The position numbers were made by a program, and so were the translations under genes. The notes beneath the pieces were generated by a model. That model was not told the origin of the DNA. It saw only the letters and a program-made list of their open reading frames with translations, and made no database searches. Shown one piece after another: positions 23,484 to 37,228 of a stretch of 64,000 nt of DNA. Each line of letters starts with the position of its first letter. Position 1 is the stretch's first letter. Origin of the DNA: an uncultured Bacteroidales bacterium (GTDB lineage: Bacteria > Bacteroidota > Bacteroidia > Bacteroidales > UBA4417). The stretch covers positions 202,612-266,611 of the forward strand of contig CAWDHU010000017.1 of the NCBI GenBank assembly GCA_963802185.1, given 5' to 3'.

Positions 23484-23618
23484 GTTCCGGTAACGGAAAA
23501 ACAGTTCTTGAAAATAATTAGTTGATATAGCTCAATGGCAGAGCATCCTGGTACAGATCGGGAAGACAATCGGTTCGAATCCGTGCTTCATCACAGCTTC
23601 CCGATTTATCGGGATCAA

Positions 23619-23630
23619 GTTCTTTGACAT
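23619..23630 (+). promoter_or_regulatory. second boxA-like element, upstream of 23S
   Basis: GTTCTTTGACAT, paralogous to the leader copy at 21485. Confidence 0.4.
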
Positions 23631-23696
23631 ATTGAAATGAAAGAAAATACATAATTAAGCGCGATGTTGTTCATTTAACATCGAGTTCAACAAGAA

Positions 23697-26578
<2,882 letters not shown>

Positions 26579-26685
26579 TTTCTGTTGACGTTAGATAAAC
26601 TCATCTCGCCATACTATGTATTTTCTTTCTTTCAATTGTCAATTCTTTTCTTGCTCTATAGAAAAACCAAAATATTTAAAACCTT

Positions 26686-26794
<109 letters not shown>

Positions 26795-26800
26795 TTTATT

Positions 26801-26835
26801 AACCCTGCTTCCGAATGGTCGCAGGGTTTTTTTTT
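26801..26835 (+). terminator. rrn operon terminator
   Basis: aaccctgc (26801-26808) pairs with gcagggtt (26821-26828), followed by a T-run. Confidence 0.8.
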
Positions 26836-27056
26836 GCCCCGATTTTTGTTAATACATCATACCCTACTACCATGGTCAGAATGAATGAGAATGGACAGAA
26901 CTTTATACGTTGCAACTTGAGCCTATATTTATCAATAAATCTATGATATCTATGTCTACTTGAGTAACTCCAATTTAAAAAAAATTGCCTTGTTAATTTA
27001 TTATAAAGCGCATTGAATGTAACTATTGATAACATTCGCCTTATCTGATTTTTCAG

Positions 27057-27064
27057 TACTTTTG
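27057..27064 (+). promoter_or_regulatory. candidate -7 promoter element
   Basis: TACTTTTGcc, 37 bp upstream of the start at 27101. Confidence 0.45.
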
Positions 27065-27100
27065 CCACAATAAATTGATTCTTGCCAACCTTGCATACGA

Positions 27101-29050
27101 ATGAGACTACTGAGAATATATTTTACTCTTTTATTTTTTGTTCTTATTGCCTTAAATTCCTATGCCCAACAAATTATAGAAGGCGAAAGTAACGGGGGAG
27201 AGAATTCGGATGCATCAATAAAAGATGTTCATAGTCCCGATTCAGTTTTTGTAAGTTATTTTTCGTTGAATGATCAGGGTGCTTACACACGGACTGCTGT
27301 TTCGAAGCCATTGAACCAATTCCAGGAATATGATGTTGCCAAGCGAAACAACCAGTTCTATGCTAACTTAGGAAATCCGGGATCAGCATCTTCTCCCCTT
27401 CTTTTTAATTTGAGAATTTCTCCTGATTTCCGTTTCAGATATGATGTATATGAACCATATACGTTAAAAGATGATAGCATTAATTTTTATATCAGCGAAA
27501 GCCCGTTTTCACACCTCAGGTATCATATGGGGCCAGGAAAGGAACAAAAACTTGATCTCAATTTCTCACAGCGTATTGGAAGTGGTATTTATCTCGGGTT
27601 AAATGCACGTTTCGCCAATTCACCCGGATTATATCAGCGTCAGCGGGCATATAATGCAGGGGGTACTTTTTATGCAGCTTTCCTGTATCCGACTCAACGA
27701 TATGGTGCGATAATTACATACAGAACTGATCGTAGTATCAATTATGAAAACGGCGGAATTACTGATGTAACAAAATTCACACAAAACAGTGAATCAAACC
27801 GGAAACAAATAGCTATTAACCTTCCGGATGCAATGAACCGAAGCAAAAGCAATGGATTTGTATTTCAACAATATTTTAATATCCTGAAATCAACTGTAGC
27901 CCGTAAAATTGATACAACTACTGTTCTCGTACCACGAAAATTTGATGCCGGCAGGATTGTTTATACGATGAGATATTCCCGAACAGGCACCGCATATGAG
28001 GATAATACTCCCCCAATGGATTTTTATAATTTTTATCCAACCTACTTCTACGACACTCTTCCCATTTTTGATTCAGTCAGGATTACTCATTTCGAAAATT
28101 GCTTCGTATATTCAAATGAAGTCCCTGATACTTTAGGGAAAAGTTTCCCCCTGCAATACTCTTTTGGATTACGACTTCAAACAGACAAGCTTCACCGTGA
28201 TACAACTATGCTTGATGTTTTCAGGCAAACTGTGCCATTTGGCATGCTTAAAGGCATTATCAAGAGTAAAACTTTCTTCAAAGCTTCAGCTTTTCTTGTA
28301 CTCGGAGGTTATAAAGGTGGCGATTACTCTTTGGATGGAAGTTTCTACCAGTTTTTCGGAAAACAGAATCATAAAGGTTATCTGAATATTTCGAAAGGGA
28401 TGATGCATCCCGATTTTTATTTCACTAATTACTACACCGATTATTTCAAGAGCAAGTGGGATAATTCTTTCGCAACACAGGACTATATTAAAGGTGAATT
28501 TGGAGTAATTCTTAAAGGATTCGATCTGAATGCATCCTATACACGACTAACAAATTATGTTTATCTCAACCAGGAAATACTACCTCAGCAATATAAGGAT
28601 GCTTTAACTGTGCTGGCTGGTCATGTAAGTAAAGAGTTCAGGATAAAACATTGGATCACCAACGTATACGTAGCTGCACAGCAGATTACACCTGACAGTA
28701 TTTTGCAGCTACCTGCATTAATAGGGAAACTATCTCTTTGCTATGATGTTGAGCTATTTAAAAAAGCACTTCATGCTCAGGTAGGCATAAGCAGCACCTA
28801 TCATTCCGAATGGTACCAGGATGCCTATATGCCTGCATTAAGGGCATTTTACCGGCAGAACAACTATGTATCAGGAAACTATCCATATCTCGATGCATTT
28901 GTCAATTTGAATATTAAGAGAGCCCGCATTTTTGTAAAATACGAACATTTTAATGCAGGACTGATGAACTATAACTATATACTTGTACCAGATTATCCTC
29001 AGGCAGATGCAGCTTTCAAGTTTGGGATATCATGGTTATTTTTTGATTGA
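27101..29050 (+). CDS. outer-membrane beta-barrel protein, putative-porin-like (function uncertain)
   Basis: Signal peptide MRLLRIYFTLLFFVLIALNSYAQQ. Alternating aromatic/polar strand-like segments run throughout. The C-terminal ...AAFKFGISWLFFD looks like an OMP signature. The size fits the Bacteroidota 'putative porin' family, but I cannot verify this without an HMM. Confidence 0.55.
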   Translation: MRLLRIYFTLLFFVLIALNSYAQQIIEGESNGGENSDASIKDVHSPDSVFVSYFSLNDQGAYTRTAVSKPLNQFQEYDVAKRNNQFYANLGNPGSASSPLLFNLRISPDFRFRYDVYEPYTLKDDSINFYISESPFSHLRYHMGPGKEQKLDLNFSQRIGSGIYLGLNARFANSPGLYQRQRAYNAGGTFYAAFLYPTQRYGAIITYRTDRSINYENGGITDVTKFTQNSESNRKQIAINLPDAMNRSKSNGFVFQQYFNILKSTVARKIDTTTVLVPRKFDAGRIVYTMRYSRTGTAYEDNTPPMDFYNFYPTYFYDTLPIFDSVRITHFENCFVYSNEVPDTLGKSFPLQYSFGLRLQTDKLHRDTTMLDVFRQTVPFGMLKGIIKSKTFFKASAFLVLGGYKGGDYSLDGSFYQFFGKQNHKGYLNISKGMMHPDFYFTNYYTDYFKSKWDNSFATQDYIKGEFGVILKGFDLNASYTRLTNYVYLNQEILPQQYKDALTVLAGHVSKEFRIKHWITNVYVAAQQITPDSILQLPALIGKLSLCYDVELFKKALHAQVGISSTYHSEWYQDAYMPALRAFYRQNNYVSGNYPYLDAFVNLNIKRARIFVKYEHFNAGLMNYNYILVPDYPQADAAFKFGISWLFFD

Positions 29051-29093
29051 GATTTCCCGGAAAAGAAATGGTTGGAGTCCCTGTAATATAAAA

Positions 29094-29903
29094 TCAACCC
29101 CTTGCCTCTTCGCGTTGCCGGATTGCCTCGAAAACCAGTACAGCTGCTGAAGTTGATACATTCATTGAATCGGCAATCCCGTTCATAGGAATTATAATCT
29201 GATTATCTGAATATTGAAGCCATTCATTGCTTAATCCCGTAGCTTCAGTGCCCATCACAATAGCTGAAGGTCCACGAAAGTCCATATGATGATAAATCAG
29301 AGCTGTTTCGGTTAGAGCAGCAGAATAAATTTTAATCTTATTTTTTTTGAGCCAATAAATCGCTTCCTTTGAAGTGCATGTTACTACCTGGCGAGTAAAA
29401 ATACATCCAACTGCAGAACGAATTGCATTTGGATTATAAATATCAGTTAGAGGATCACAAACAATGACAGCATCAATACCTGCCGCATCAGCAGTACGCA
29501 TAATGGCACCCAGGTTACCTGGTTTTTCAACTGACTCCAAAATCAGAATCAGAGGATTTTTGCTTAAATTAAGTTCGTTGAGTTTGAGATTGCGGGGAAC
29601 AGCCAATGCAACCAAACCATCGGATCCTTCGCGATAAGCAATTCGGGCAAAAGCGGCCTTTCCTACTTCGAATACCTGCATTCTGCTATCCAGATATATA
29701 AGCTCCTGGCTCCTATTCTGCTTGTCAAGTTCGCGGCATACAAATAATTCTTTGATTTCAATACCCGAAACCAGAGCCCTGCTTATTTCGCGATAACCTT
29801 CAATTACAAAAAGATTCTGACTTTGACGGTCACGGCTGTTGGACTGCAACCTGAGTATGTTTTTTATGCGTGGATTGGTAAGGGAAAGAATTGAATCAGT
29901 CAT
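29094..29903 (-). CDS. TrmH/SpoU-family RNA methyltransferase (RlmB-like architecture with N-terminal substrate-binding domain)
   Basis: Motifs EKPGNLGAIMRTADAAG, IVMGTEATGLS and IPMNGIADSMNVSTSAAVLVFE. Confidence 0.85.
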   Translation of the reverse strand: MTDSILSLTNPRIKNILRLQSNSRDRQSQNLFVIEGYREISRALVSGIEIKELFVCRELDKQNRSQELIYLDSRMQVFEVGKAAFARIAYREGSDGLVALAVPRNLKLNELNLSKNPLILILESVEKPGNLGAIMRTADAAGIDAVIVCDPLTDIYNPNAIRSAVGCIFTRQVVTCTSKEAIYWLKKNKIKIYSAALTETALIYHHMDFRGPSAIVMGTEATGLSNEWLQYSDNQIIIPMNGIADSMNVSTSAAVLVFEAIRQREEARG

Positions 29904-30105
29904 TTGTTAGATATTGAAAACACAAAGGTAGAGAATTACAGGAGTTGAATTGAATAGAGGAACAATCATCTCTCTATTAAAAAATATCCATTCATAAGCC
30001 GAAACATTATGGGTTAACATACGAATCACTGCATATCAGGCATTAAAACTTACGTTTAGCATTCGTTGAACTGTAATGATATACTTTCAAAAAACATAAA
30101 AAGCG

Positions 30106-30113
30106 TATCTTTG
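30106..30113 (+). promoter_or_regulatory. candidate -7 promoter element
   Basis: TATCTTTGca, 39 bp upstream of the start at 30152. Confidence 0.5.
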
Positions 30114-30151
30114 CAAGAACAGAATCATAACTTTTTTTTATTACTAGAATT

Positions 30152-31066
30152 ATGTCAGATCAGCCTTTGAATTTCGGACTTATAGGAGCAGGTGGTTATA
30201 TAGCTCCCAGGCATATGAAAGCTATCAAAGAAACCGGGAATAAACTTGTTGCTGCACTCGACCGCTATGATGGAGTTGGTATTATGGATAGTTATTTCCC
30301 TGATGCCAGTTTCTTTACAGAACCTGAGCGTTTCGACAGGCACCTGGATAAACTACGGCGAAAAGGTCCAGACTATAAAATTGATTTTGTAAGTATTTGC
30401 TCTCCTAATTATCTCCATGATGCTCATATGCGGCTAGCATTGCGCAACGATGCTCACGCCATTTGCGAAAAGCCTCTGGTACTTAACCCATGGAACCTGG
30501 ATGCATTGACCGAACTTGAGCAGGAAACAGGAAAAAGAATTTTCACTATTTTACAATTGCGCCTGCATCCAGCTATTATTGCGCTGCGCGAAAAAATCGC
30601 CAACGGACCCGCAAATAAAGTGTATGATGTAAAACTCAATTATATAACAAGCCGGGGTAAATGGTATCACATCTCATGGAAAGGAGATCTTGCACATTCA
30701 GGAGGTATTGCCACTAATATAGGCATTCATTTTTTCGATATGCTCAGCTGGATTTTTGGCGACGTTACTGAAAACAGTTTAAAAATACATGAAAGTAATC
30801 AGGCTGCAGGCTTTATGAAACTTGAAAAAGCAAATGTAAACTGGCATCTGAGTATTAATGCTGATCATTTACCAACGCAGGCAAAAGAACAGGGAATACG
30901 CACTTACCGCTCTATTACAGTTGACGGAGAGGAAGTAGAATTCAGTGAAGGATTCACTGATTTACATACACGAAGCTATGAACAGATATTAGCCGGGAAC
31001 GGTTTCGGGCTTGAAGACGCCCGAAAAAGTATTGTTATAGCTCAAAATATTCGGAAACAAATTTAA
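30152..31066 (+). CDS. Gfo/Idh/MocA-family sugar-nucleotide oxidoreductase, WbpB-like (UDP-GlcNAcA 3-dehydrogenase type)
   Basis: Rossmann motif FGLIGAGGYIAPRHMKAIKETGN. ICSPNYLHDAHMRLALRNDAHAICEKPL contains the EKP motif. Overall colinearity with WbpB-type enzymes as I remember them. Confidence 0.7.
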   Translation: MSDQPLNFGLIGAGGYIAPRHMKAIKETGNKLVAALDRYDGVGIMDSYFPDASFFTEPERFDRHLDKLRRKGPDYKIDFVSICSPNYLHDAHMRLALRNDAHAICEKPLVLNPWNLDALTELEQETGKRIFTILQLRLHPAIIALREKIANGPANKVYDVKLNYITSRGKWYHISWKGDLAHSGGIATNIGIHFFDMLSWIFGDVTENSLKIHESNQAAGFMKLEKANVNWHLSINADHLPTQAKEQGIRTYRSITVDGEEVEFSEGFTDLHTRSYEQILAGNGFGLEDARKSIVIAQNIRKQI

Positions 31067-31348
31067 GTAACAGGAATATCTCTGCAATCAAAACATAACA
31101 ATTACCTCAATAGCAAATTGAGCTCAGGACTTCGCAATCACTAATATAAAATAAATGGCACAAATATTGAACTTTAAAATCATAGTTAGTTCACCAAATC
31201 AATAATTCCCAAGGAATTCCATTGCCATTCTTCCGTGGTAATGGTTTATCTTAATGTTATCAATATCTTAAAAACAGGTATGCTCGATTTACTCATAATA
31301 AAAAAGCCCCAAATAGGGACAAGCACTTCCATTGTCGAATAACTTACT

Positions 31349-31356
31349 TAATTTTG
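31349..31356 (+). promoter_or_regulatory. candidate -7 promoter element for gmd
   Basis: TAATTTTGat, 42 bp upstream of the start at 31398. Confidence 0.4.
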
Positions 31357-31397
31357 ATCCAATTAGAAAAAACGATATTCAAAACATATAATATTAC

Positions 31398-32510
31398 ATG
31401 AAAACTGCTTTAATCACAGGCATTACCGGACAAGATGGCGCATATCTCGCTGAATTTCTTTTAAAAAAAGGCTACCAGGTACATGGCCTCAAACGTCGTA
31501 GTTCACTTTTTAATACTGATCGTATCGACCATTTGTACCAGGACCCGCATGCCGAAAAGAGAAATTTCTTTCTTCATTACGGTGATATGACCGACTCTTC
31601 TAACCTTATACGTCTTGTTCAGGAAACACAACCTGACGAAGTATATAACCTGGCAGCAATGTCCCATGTAAAAGTGAGTTTCGATACATCGGAATATACT
31701 GCAAATGCTGATGGAATAGGAACTTTGCGGCTTTTGGAAGCAATAAGGCTTCTTGGGATGACTAAAAAAACACGTTTCTACCAGGCATCAACCAGTGAAT
31801 TATATGGTTTAGTGCAGGAAGTTCCACAAAGTGAACGTACCCCATTTTATCCACGTAGCCCTTATGCTGTGGCCAAATTATATGCCTACTGGATTACAGT
31901 AAATTACCGTGAAGCGTATGATATGTTTGCGTGTAACGGGATTCTGTTTAACCACGAATCACCTATACGAGGTGAAACCTTTGTTACCCGTAAGATTACG
32001 ATGGCAGTGGCACGTATCGCATTAGGGATGCAACAAAAACTTTACCTGGGTAATCTCTCAGCTAAGCGCGACTGGGGCCATGCCAAAGATTATGTGCGGG
32101 CTATGTACTTAATGCTGCAACAGGATAAACCCGAAGATTTTGTAATAGCAACCGGCGTTACTACAATGGTGAAAGATTTTGTGCAGTTAGCATTTGCCGA
32201 AGCAGGAATTGAAGTGGAATTCGCAGGAGAAGGATTAAACGAAAAAGGTACTGTTGTTTCATGTAAAAACAGCGATCATATGATAGCCCCGGGAACTGTT
32301 GTGGTACAAGTAGATCCGGCTTATTTCAGACCAACTGAGGTTGATTTACTTCTTGGTGATCCTACAAAGGCTAATACTAAACTGGGCTGGCAACCCGAAC
32401 ACGATCTGGCATCATTAGTTAAAGATATGATTGAAAACGACCTCAAACTGGCAAGCAAGGAAAAATACCTGAAAGATGGAGGCTTCCGCATTTTGAATTA
32501 CTTTGAATAA
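31398..32510 (+). CDS. gmd: GDP-mannose 4,6-dehydratase
   Basis: [49 protein letters not shown] (YxxxK) and [17 protein letters not shown]. Confidence 0.95.
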   Translation: MKTALITGITGQDGAYLAEFLLKKGYQVHGLKRRSSLFNTDRIDHLYQDPHAEKRNFFLHYGDMTDSSNLIRLVQETQPDEVYNLAAMSHVKVSFDTSEYTANADGIGTLRLLEAIRLLGMTKKTRFYQASTSELYGLVQEVPQSERTPFYPRSPYAVAKLYAYWITVNYREAYDMFACNGILFNHESPIRGETFVTRKITMAVARIALGMQQKLYLGNLSAKRDWGHAKDYVRAMYLMLQQDKPEDFVIATGVTTMVKDFVQLAFAEAGIEVEFAGEGLNEKGTVVSCKNSDHMIAPGTVVVQVDPAYFRPTEVDLLLGDPTKANTKLGWQPEHDLASLVKDMIENDLKLASKEKYLKDGGFRILNYFE

Positions 32511-32696
32511 ATAAGTTAAATACGGAATATGACAAATATTCCAGATTCTGTATGTTCTGGATTATTTGTATCCAAATCAAAAGCATTCTGGCAAGCTGTC
32601 AAAATCTGGTAAATCAAAATTTGGATCCAATAAAAAAATTTCAATTTACACATTCGGAATCACTATAGATTCTATGGAAATTAGTGAATAACCAAT

Positions 32697-33782
32697 ATGA
32701 ATAAAGACTCAAAAATTTATATCGCAGGTCATACAGGACTTGTTGGCAGTGCCTTACATAGGAATCTCAAACTGAAAGGGTATACAAATTTTGTATTTCG
32801 CACTTTCGAAGAGCTTGATCTGACAAACCAGTTTGCAGTTGATGCATTTTTTGCCACTGAAAAACCTGAATTTATTTTTCTGGCTGCAGCCAAAGTAGGT
32901 GGGATAATGGCAAACAACATTTATAGGGGCCAGTTTATTTTCGAAAACCTGCAAATACAGAATAATATTATTCATAATGCATGGGTTCATGGTGCAAAGA
33001 AACTCCTTTTCTTAGGCAGCTCTTGCATTTATCCAAAAAACGCACCTCAGCCTATGCATGAGGACCACTTACTAACAGGTGAACTAGAATATACCAATGA
33101 ACCGTATGCTATAGCCAAAATTGCCGGGATTAAAGTGTGCGAAAGTTATAATTTGCAATATGGAACCAACTTTGTTTCTGTGATGCCAACCAATCTGTAT
33201 GGCCCTAACGACAATTTTCACCTGAAAAATTCACATGTACTTCCAGGTATGTTGCGAAAAATGTACCTTGCTCATTGCCTTGAAATTAATGATTGGAAAG
33301 CTATCCATTATGATCTTGACAAGCTTCCAGTAGCCGAAGTACCAGCTGATGCAACCGATGATAGTATTCTAAGCTATTTATCTGATATCGGTATCAACAG
33401 GGGTAAAAACGGCAAAGTGAGCCTCAGTTTATGGGGCACAGGTACACCTTTACGCGAATTTCTTCACGTTTCTGATATGGCCGATGCTTGTGTGTATGTG
33501 ATGGAGCATATTGATTTCGAAGACCTGAAACCTGCTGATTCTAAAGAAATTCGCAATACTCATATCAATATCGGATCAGGAAATGAATTAACGATCCGTC
33601 AACTTGCTGAACTGATACAAAAAGCAACAGGGTTTGATGGCGAAATTCTTTTCGATGCCTCGAAACCGGATGGAACCATGCGAAAGCTCCTGGATGTGAG
33701 CAAACTGGAGAAACTTGGTTGGAAGAGCAAAATTGGGCTTGAAGATGGAGTAGGAAAAGTTTTTGAAGAATATATTAAATAA
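32697..33782 (+). CDS. fcl: GDP-L-fucose synthase (GDP-4-keto-6-deoxymannose 3,5-epimerase/4-reductase)
   Basis: [40 protein letters not shown] and [12 protein letters not shown]. Confidence 0.93.
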   Translation: MNKDSKIYIAGHTGLVGSALHRNLKLKGYTNFVFRTFEELDLTNQFAVDAFFATEKPEFIFLAAAKVGGIMANNIYRGQFIFENLQIQNNIIHNAWVHGAKKLLFLGSSCIYPKNAPQPMHEDHLLTGELEYTNEPYAIAKIAGIKVCESYNLQYGTNFVSVMPTNLYGPNDNFHLKNSHVLPGMLRKMYLAHCLEINDWKAIHYDLDKLPVAEVPADATDDSILSYLSDIGINRGKNGKVSLSLWGTGTPLREFLHVSDMADACVYVMEHIDFEDLKPADSKEIRNTHINIGSGNELTIRQLAELIQKATGFDGEILFDASKPDGTMRKLLDVSKLEKLGWKSKIGLEDGVGKVFEEYIK

Positions 33783-33888
33783 TAGCTTAAACAAATTTAA
33801 CATTCTGTGTACCGATAAACTCAGATACCAATGTAAATTATGGAATAAATCGAGCGTCTTATTGTATCTACAAACGCATGATAAAAAG

Positions 33889-33896
33889 TATCTTTG
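33889..33896 (+). promoter_or_regulatory. candidate -7 promoter element for the UpxY gene
   Basis: TATCTTTGcc, 24 bp upstream of the start at 33920. Confidence 0.5.
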
Positions 33897-33919
33897 CCAT
33901 TAAATAAGTTGATTCGTAT

Positions 33920-34432
33920 ATGACTAAAAAAAATCCCGGAGAAGCGCGCTGGTATGCAGCATATACCAAGTCCCGATCCGAGAAGAAAGTACTTGAAAGG
34001 CTTACCCAGACAGGTTTTGAGGCATATCTACCAATCCGTCGAAAGAGGCATCAATGGAGCGACCGTTTGAAATGGGTTGAAGAACCTCTCATTAAATCGT
34101 ATATTTTTATTCATGTCAACGAGAGCGACTATTATGATGCCATTAATACTCCCGGTTTGGTTTGCTATGTTACGTTCGAAGGAAAGGCTGCACCTATCCC
34201 TGACCGTCAGATCGATGCGTTAAAAATGTTGCTCCACGAAGGCGCTGAAATTGAAGTTAGTAATGAACGATTTGCAGCAGGGCAAAAAATTATTGTCGTT
34301 TCCGGAACACTTGTCGGAATGCAAGGTGAAATGGTCGAATACCGTGGAAAGAAAAAAATACTGGTTCGTCTTGGTGCAACAGGAACCAATATCCTTGTTA
34401 CTGTAGGCCTCGACATAATAGAAAAGGAATAG
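33920..34432 (+). CDS. UpxY-family (NusG-like) transcription antiterminator
   Basis: NGN-like N-terminus WYAAYTKSRSEKKVLERLTQTGFEAYLP...LIKSYIFI, plus a KOW-like C-terminus GQKIIVVSGTLVGMQGEMVEY. The size is typical of capsule-locus UpxY proteins. Confidence 0.8.
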   Translation: MTKKNPGEARWYAAYTKSRSEKKVLERLTQTGFEAYLPIRRKRHQWSDRLKWVEEPLIKSYIFIHVNESDYYDAINTPGLVCYVTFEGKAAPIPDRQIDALKMLLHEGAEIEVSNERFAAGQKIIVVSGTLVGMQGEMVEYRGKKKILVRLGATGTNILVTVGLDIIEKE

Positions 34433-34590
34433 TTTTATTTCTCAACATGCTAATCAATAACGACAGGATTTTGTTACCTGCAACAAATTGAATTTGACCA
34501 TTACAACTAAAATAATTGAATAAATAGTCCCAGTCATAATATAATAAAAGTGGGAAAATATAACCTTAAGCTTTTAACCTTTTTATAACT

Positions 34591-35871
34591 ATGAAATCTT
34601 ACAAAATCTCTATGATCGGCCTCGGATACGTTGGTCTTCCACTCGCAGTTGAATTTGCCAAACATTACCCTGTAATTGGCTTTGATATCAACCAGGAACG
34701 AATTGATAGTATTAACCTTGGACACGACAATACACTGGAAGTTGAAGACAACAACCTGGCAAGTGTGCTCACAAAAAGCAAACCCGTCGATAAAGGCCTC
34801 TACCTTACCAGTAAGCTTGATGAAATCAGAGATTGTAACGTGTACATTGTAACAGTACCAACCCCTGTGGATAAAAATAACCGTCCCGACCTTACACCTT
34901 TGATAAAAGCCAGCGAAAGCATCGGCAAAGTGATTAAAAAAGGTGATATAGTAATTTACGAATCTACTGTCTATCCCGGATGTACCGAAGAAGACTGTGT
35001 TCCTGTTATTGAAAAAGTATCGGGAATGAAAATGAATGTTGATTTCTTTGCAGGATATTCACCCGAACGGATCAATCCCGGCGACAAAGAACACACCGTA
35101 ACGACTATCCATAAAATTACCTCAGGATCAACTCCTGAAATTGCAGAAAAAGTTGATCAACTCTATAAAAAAGTTATAAAAGCAGGTACCCACAAAGCTC
35201 CATCAATCATGGTAGCCGAAACAGCCAAGGTTATTGAGAATTCACAACGTGATATTAATATTGCATTCGTAAATGAAATTGCTCGTATCTGCGCTCACAT
35301 GAACCTCGATACACGTGCCGTGCTTGATGCAGCCGGAACCAAATGGAACTTCCTCAAATTTTCACCAGGGCTTGTCGGTGGACATTGCATTGGAGTTGAT
35401 CCATATTATATGGCTCAGAAAGCGCAGGAAGTAGGTTATCACCCCGAAATCATCCTTGCCGGCCGTAGAATGAACGATGGTATGGGAGCCTGGATAGCTT
35501 CACAGGTAATCAAACTGATGATCAAAAAAGATATTATCATAAAAGACGCCCGGGTTCTCGTACTTGGGATCACCTTTAAAGAAAATTGCCCCGATATCCG
35601 AAATACCAAAGTTGTAGATGTTGTAAAAGAACTTGAACAGTTCGGATGTATTGTTGATATTTACGATCCATGGGCTGATGCAGTAGAAGTAAATCATGAA
35701 TATGGCCGTGAGATCATTTCATCATACAATATGGATGATTACAATGCAGTGGTACTGGCAGTTGCGCATGACAAATTCAAGAAGATAGATTTTAGTGTGC
35801 GTAATAAAAATACAGTGCTTTATGATATCAAATCGATATTACCCAAAGGAATGGTTGATGGCAGATTGTAA
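34591..35871 (+). CDS. NDP-sugar dehydrogenase (UDP-glucose/GDP-mannose dehydrogenase family; TviB/WbpA/WbpO-like)
   Basis: Rossmann motif KISMIGLGYVGLPLAVEFAK. Catalytic-Cys motif GLVGGHCIGVDPYY. C-terminal UDP-binding-domain pattern LGITFKENCPDIRNTK. Confidence 0.85.
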   Translation: MKSYKISMIGLGYVGLPLAVEFAKHYPVIGFDINQERIDSINLGHDNTLEVEDNNLASVLTKSKPVDKGLYLTSKLDEIRDCNVYIVTVPTPVDKNNRPDLTPLIKASESIGKVIKKGDIVIYESTVYPGCTEEDCVPVIEKVSGMKMNVDFFAGYSPERINPGDKEHTVTTIHKITSGSTPEIAEKVDQLYKKVIKAGTHKAPSIMVAETAKVIENSQRDINIAFVNEIARICAHMNLDTRAVLDAAGTKWNFLKFSPGLVGGHCIGVDPYYMAQKAQEVGYHPEIILAGRRMNDGMGAWIASQVIKLMIKKDIIIKDARVLVLGITFKENCPDIRNTKVVDVVKELEQFGCIVDIYDPWADAVEVNHEYGREIISSYNMDDYNAVVLAVAHDKFKKIDFSVRNKNTVLYDIKSILPKGMVDGRL

Positions 35872-35900
35872 TTTTAAAAAACACTTTTAAATTGGAGGAA

Positions 35901-35935
35901 TCAAAGAGGCTGTTTTTAAAAAGCAGCCTCTTTGA
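35901..35935. terminator. bidirectional terminator between convergent genes
   Basis: Perfect 12-bp stem: tcaaagaggctg (35901-35912) pairs with cagcctctttga (35924-35935). Confidence 0.8.
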
Positions 35936-35992
35936 TGACGACACAAACTTACTCTATTTAATGAGATTATAAATTGCAAGATATCAATAGGT

Positions 35993-37228
35993 TCATTTTA
36001 TCAACTTCAAATTCTTTTCATACATCACTCTCACTGAATCAAATTGAGCCTTATACTTTTCTTCCACAGGCAAAGCAGGCGGCGACTCCAGTTTAAGCGG
36101 ATCAATTGCAGCATTATTTTTATATACCCTGAAATCGAGGTGTGGACCGGTTGACAAGCCGGAACTGCCTACATACCCAATAATCTGACCCTGGCTTACG
36201 CCTACTCCAGCGTGAATTCCCGGACCGAAACCTGACAGATGCATATATGATGTTGTATATCCATTACTGTGACGAATGCTAACCTGGCGACCACCACCAC
36301 CAGCATATGCAGCTTTCAATACTGTTCCATTAGCAATGGTATGGACTGGCGTTCCGCTTGGTGCAGCATAATCAACACCATGATGTGGCCTGCGAATACG
36401 TAGTATCGGATGCATGCGGCTATTCGAAAATTTGGAAGTTATACGTGAAAATTTTAAAGGTGCTTTCAAAAATTCCTTGCGAAGGTTTTGGCCTTTTTCA
36501 TCGAAATAGTCGGTAATGTCACCTTGCTCAAACCTATATGCATAGTAATCTTTGCCATTTTGATTAAAAACGGCAGAATGTATTTCACCGATACTTATTG
36601 GTTTTCCATCCACCAAAAGTTCCTCATAAATGGCTTTAAAAGAATCTCCTTTTTGAATAGCATAGAAGTCGATTGTCCACTGGTAAATATCTGCCAGGGC
36701 AACTGCCAGATTCGGATCAACACCCGCATCATGCATGGTTACCCATAATGAAGAATTTATAACACCTGAAACCGATTTTAGCTTTCGCAATACTTCCTTT
36801 GAATTGGCATGTACATTCAGCGAATCGCGGAAATCGAAAACGATATAACTCGTATCATTCATCCCATAAACAAAATACAACAGTTTATTATCAACATTAC
36901 TCATCATAGCAGTATACGTATTGCCGCTACGAAGCTTGCGAATTTCAAAAATACCATCAGTATATTTTCTAAGATTACCAATTATCCGCTGATTAACACC
37001 AAGCCTTGCAAAGATTAAACCCAGGTTTTCCCCCGGCTTAACTTTATCTCTGTCGATTTTCAATGAATCGGTTACAATTCCATATTCAATAGTTTGAGCA
37101 ATTTTCGCAACCGGGTGAACTATAGGTTCAACAACAAAATCTTTTAATACTACGAAAGCTATTACAGAAGCAACAAGTAAGACTATAATTACAACAATCA
37201 GTCGTATTTTCTTTTTAGTAATTTCCAT
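35993..37228 (-). CDS. M23-family peptidoglycan metalloendopeptidase
   Basis: N-terminal membrane anchor. M23 motifs HHGVDYAAPSGTPV and GSSGLSTGPHLDFRV. Confidence 0.9.
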   Translation of the reverse strand: MEITKKKIRLIVVIIVLLVASVIAFVVLKDFVVEPIVHPVAKIAQTIEYGIVTDSLKIDRDKVKPGENLGLIFARLGVNQRIIGNLRKYTDGIFEIRKLRSGNTYTAMMSNVDNKLLYFVYGMNDTSYIVFDFRDSLNVHANSKEVLRKLKSVSGVINSSLWVTMHDAGVDPNLAVALADIYQWTIDFYAIQKGDSFKAIYEELLVDGKPISIGEIHSAVFNQNGKDYYAYRFEQGDITDYFDEKGQNLRKEFLKAPLKFSRITSKFSNSRMHPILRIRRPHHGVDYAAPSGTPVHTIANGTVLKAAYAGGGGRQVSIRHSNGYTTSYMHLSGFGPGIHAGVGVSQGQIIGYVGSSGLSTGPHLDFRVYKNNAAIDPLKLESPPALPVEEKYKAQFDSVRVMYEKNLKLIK

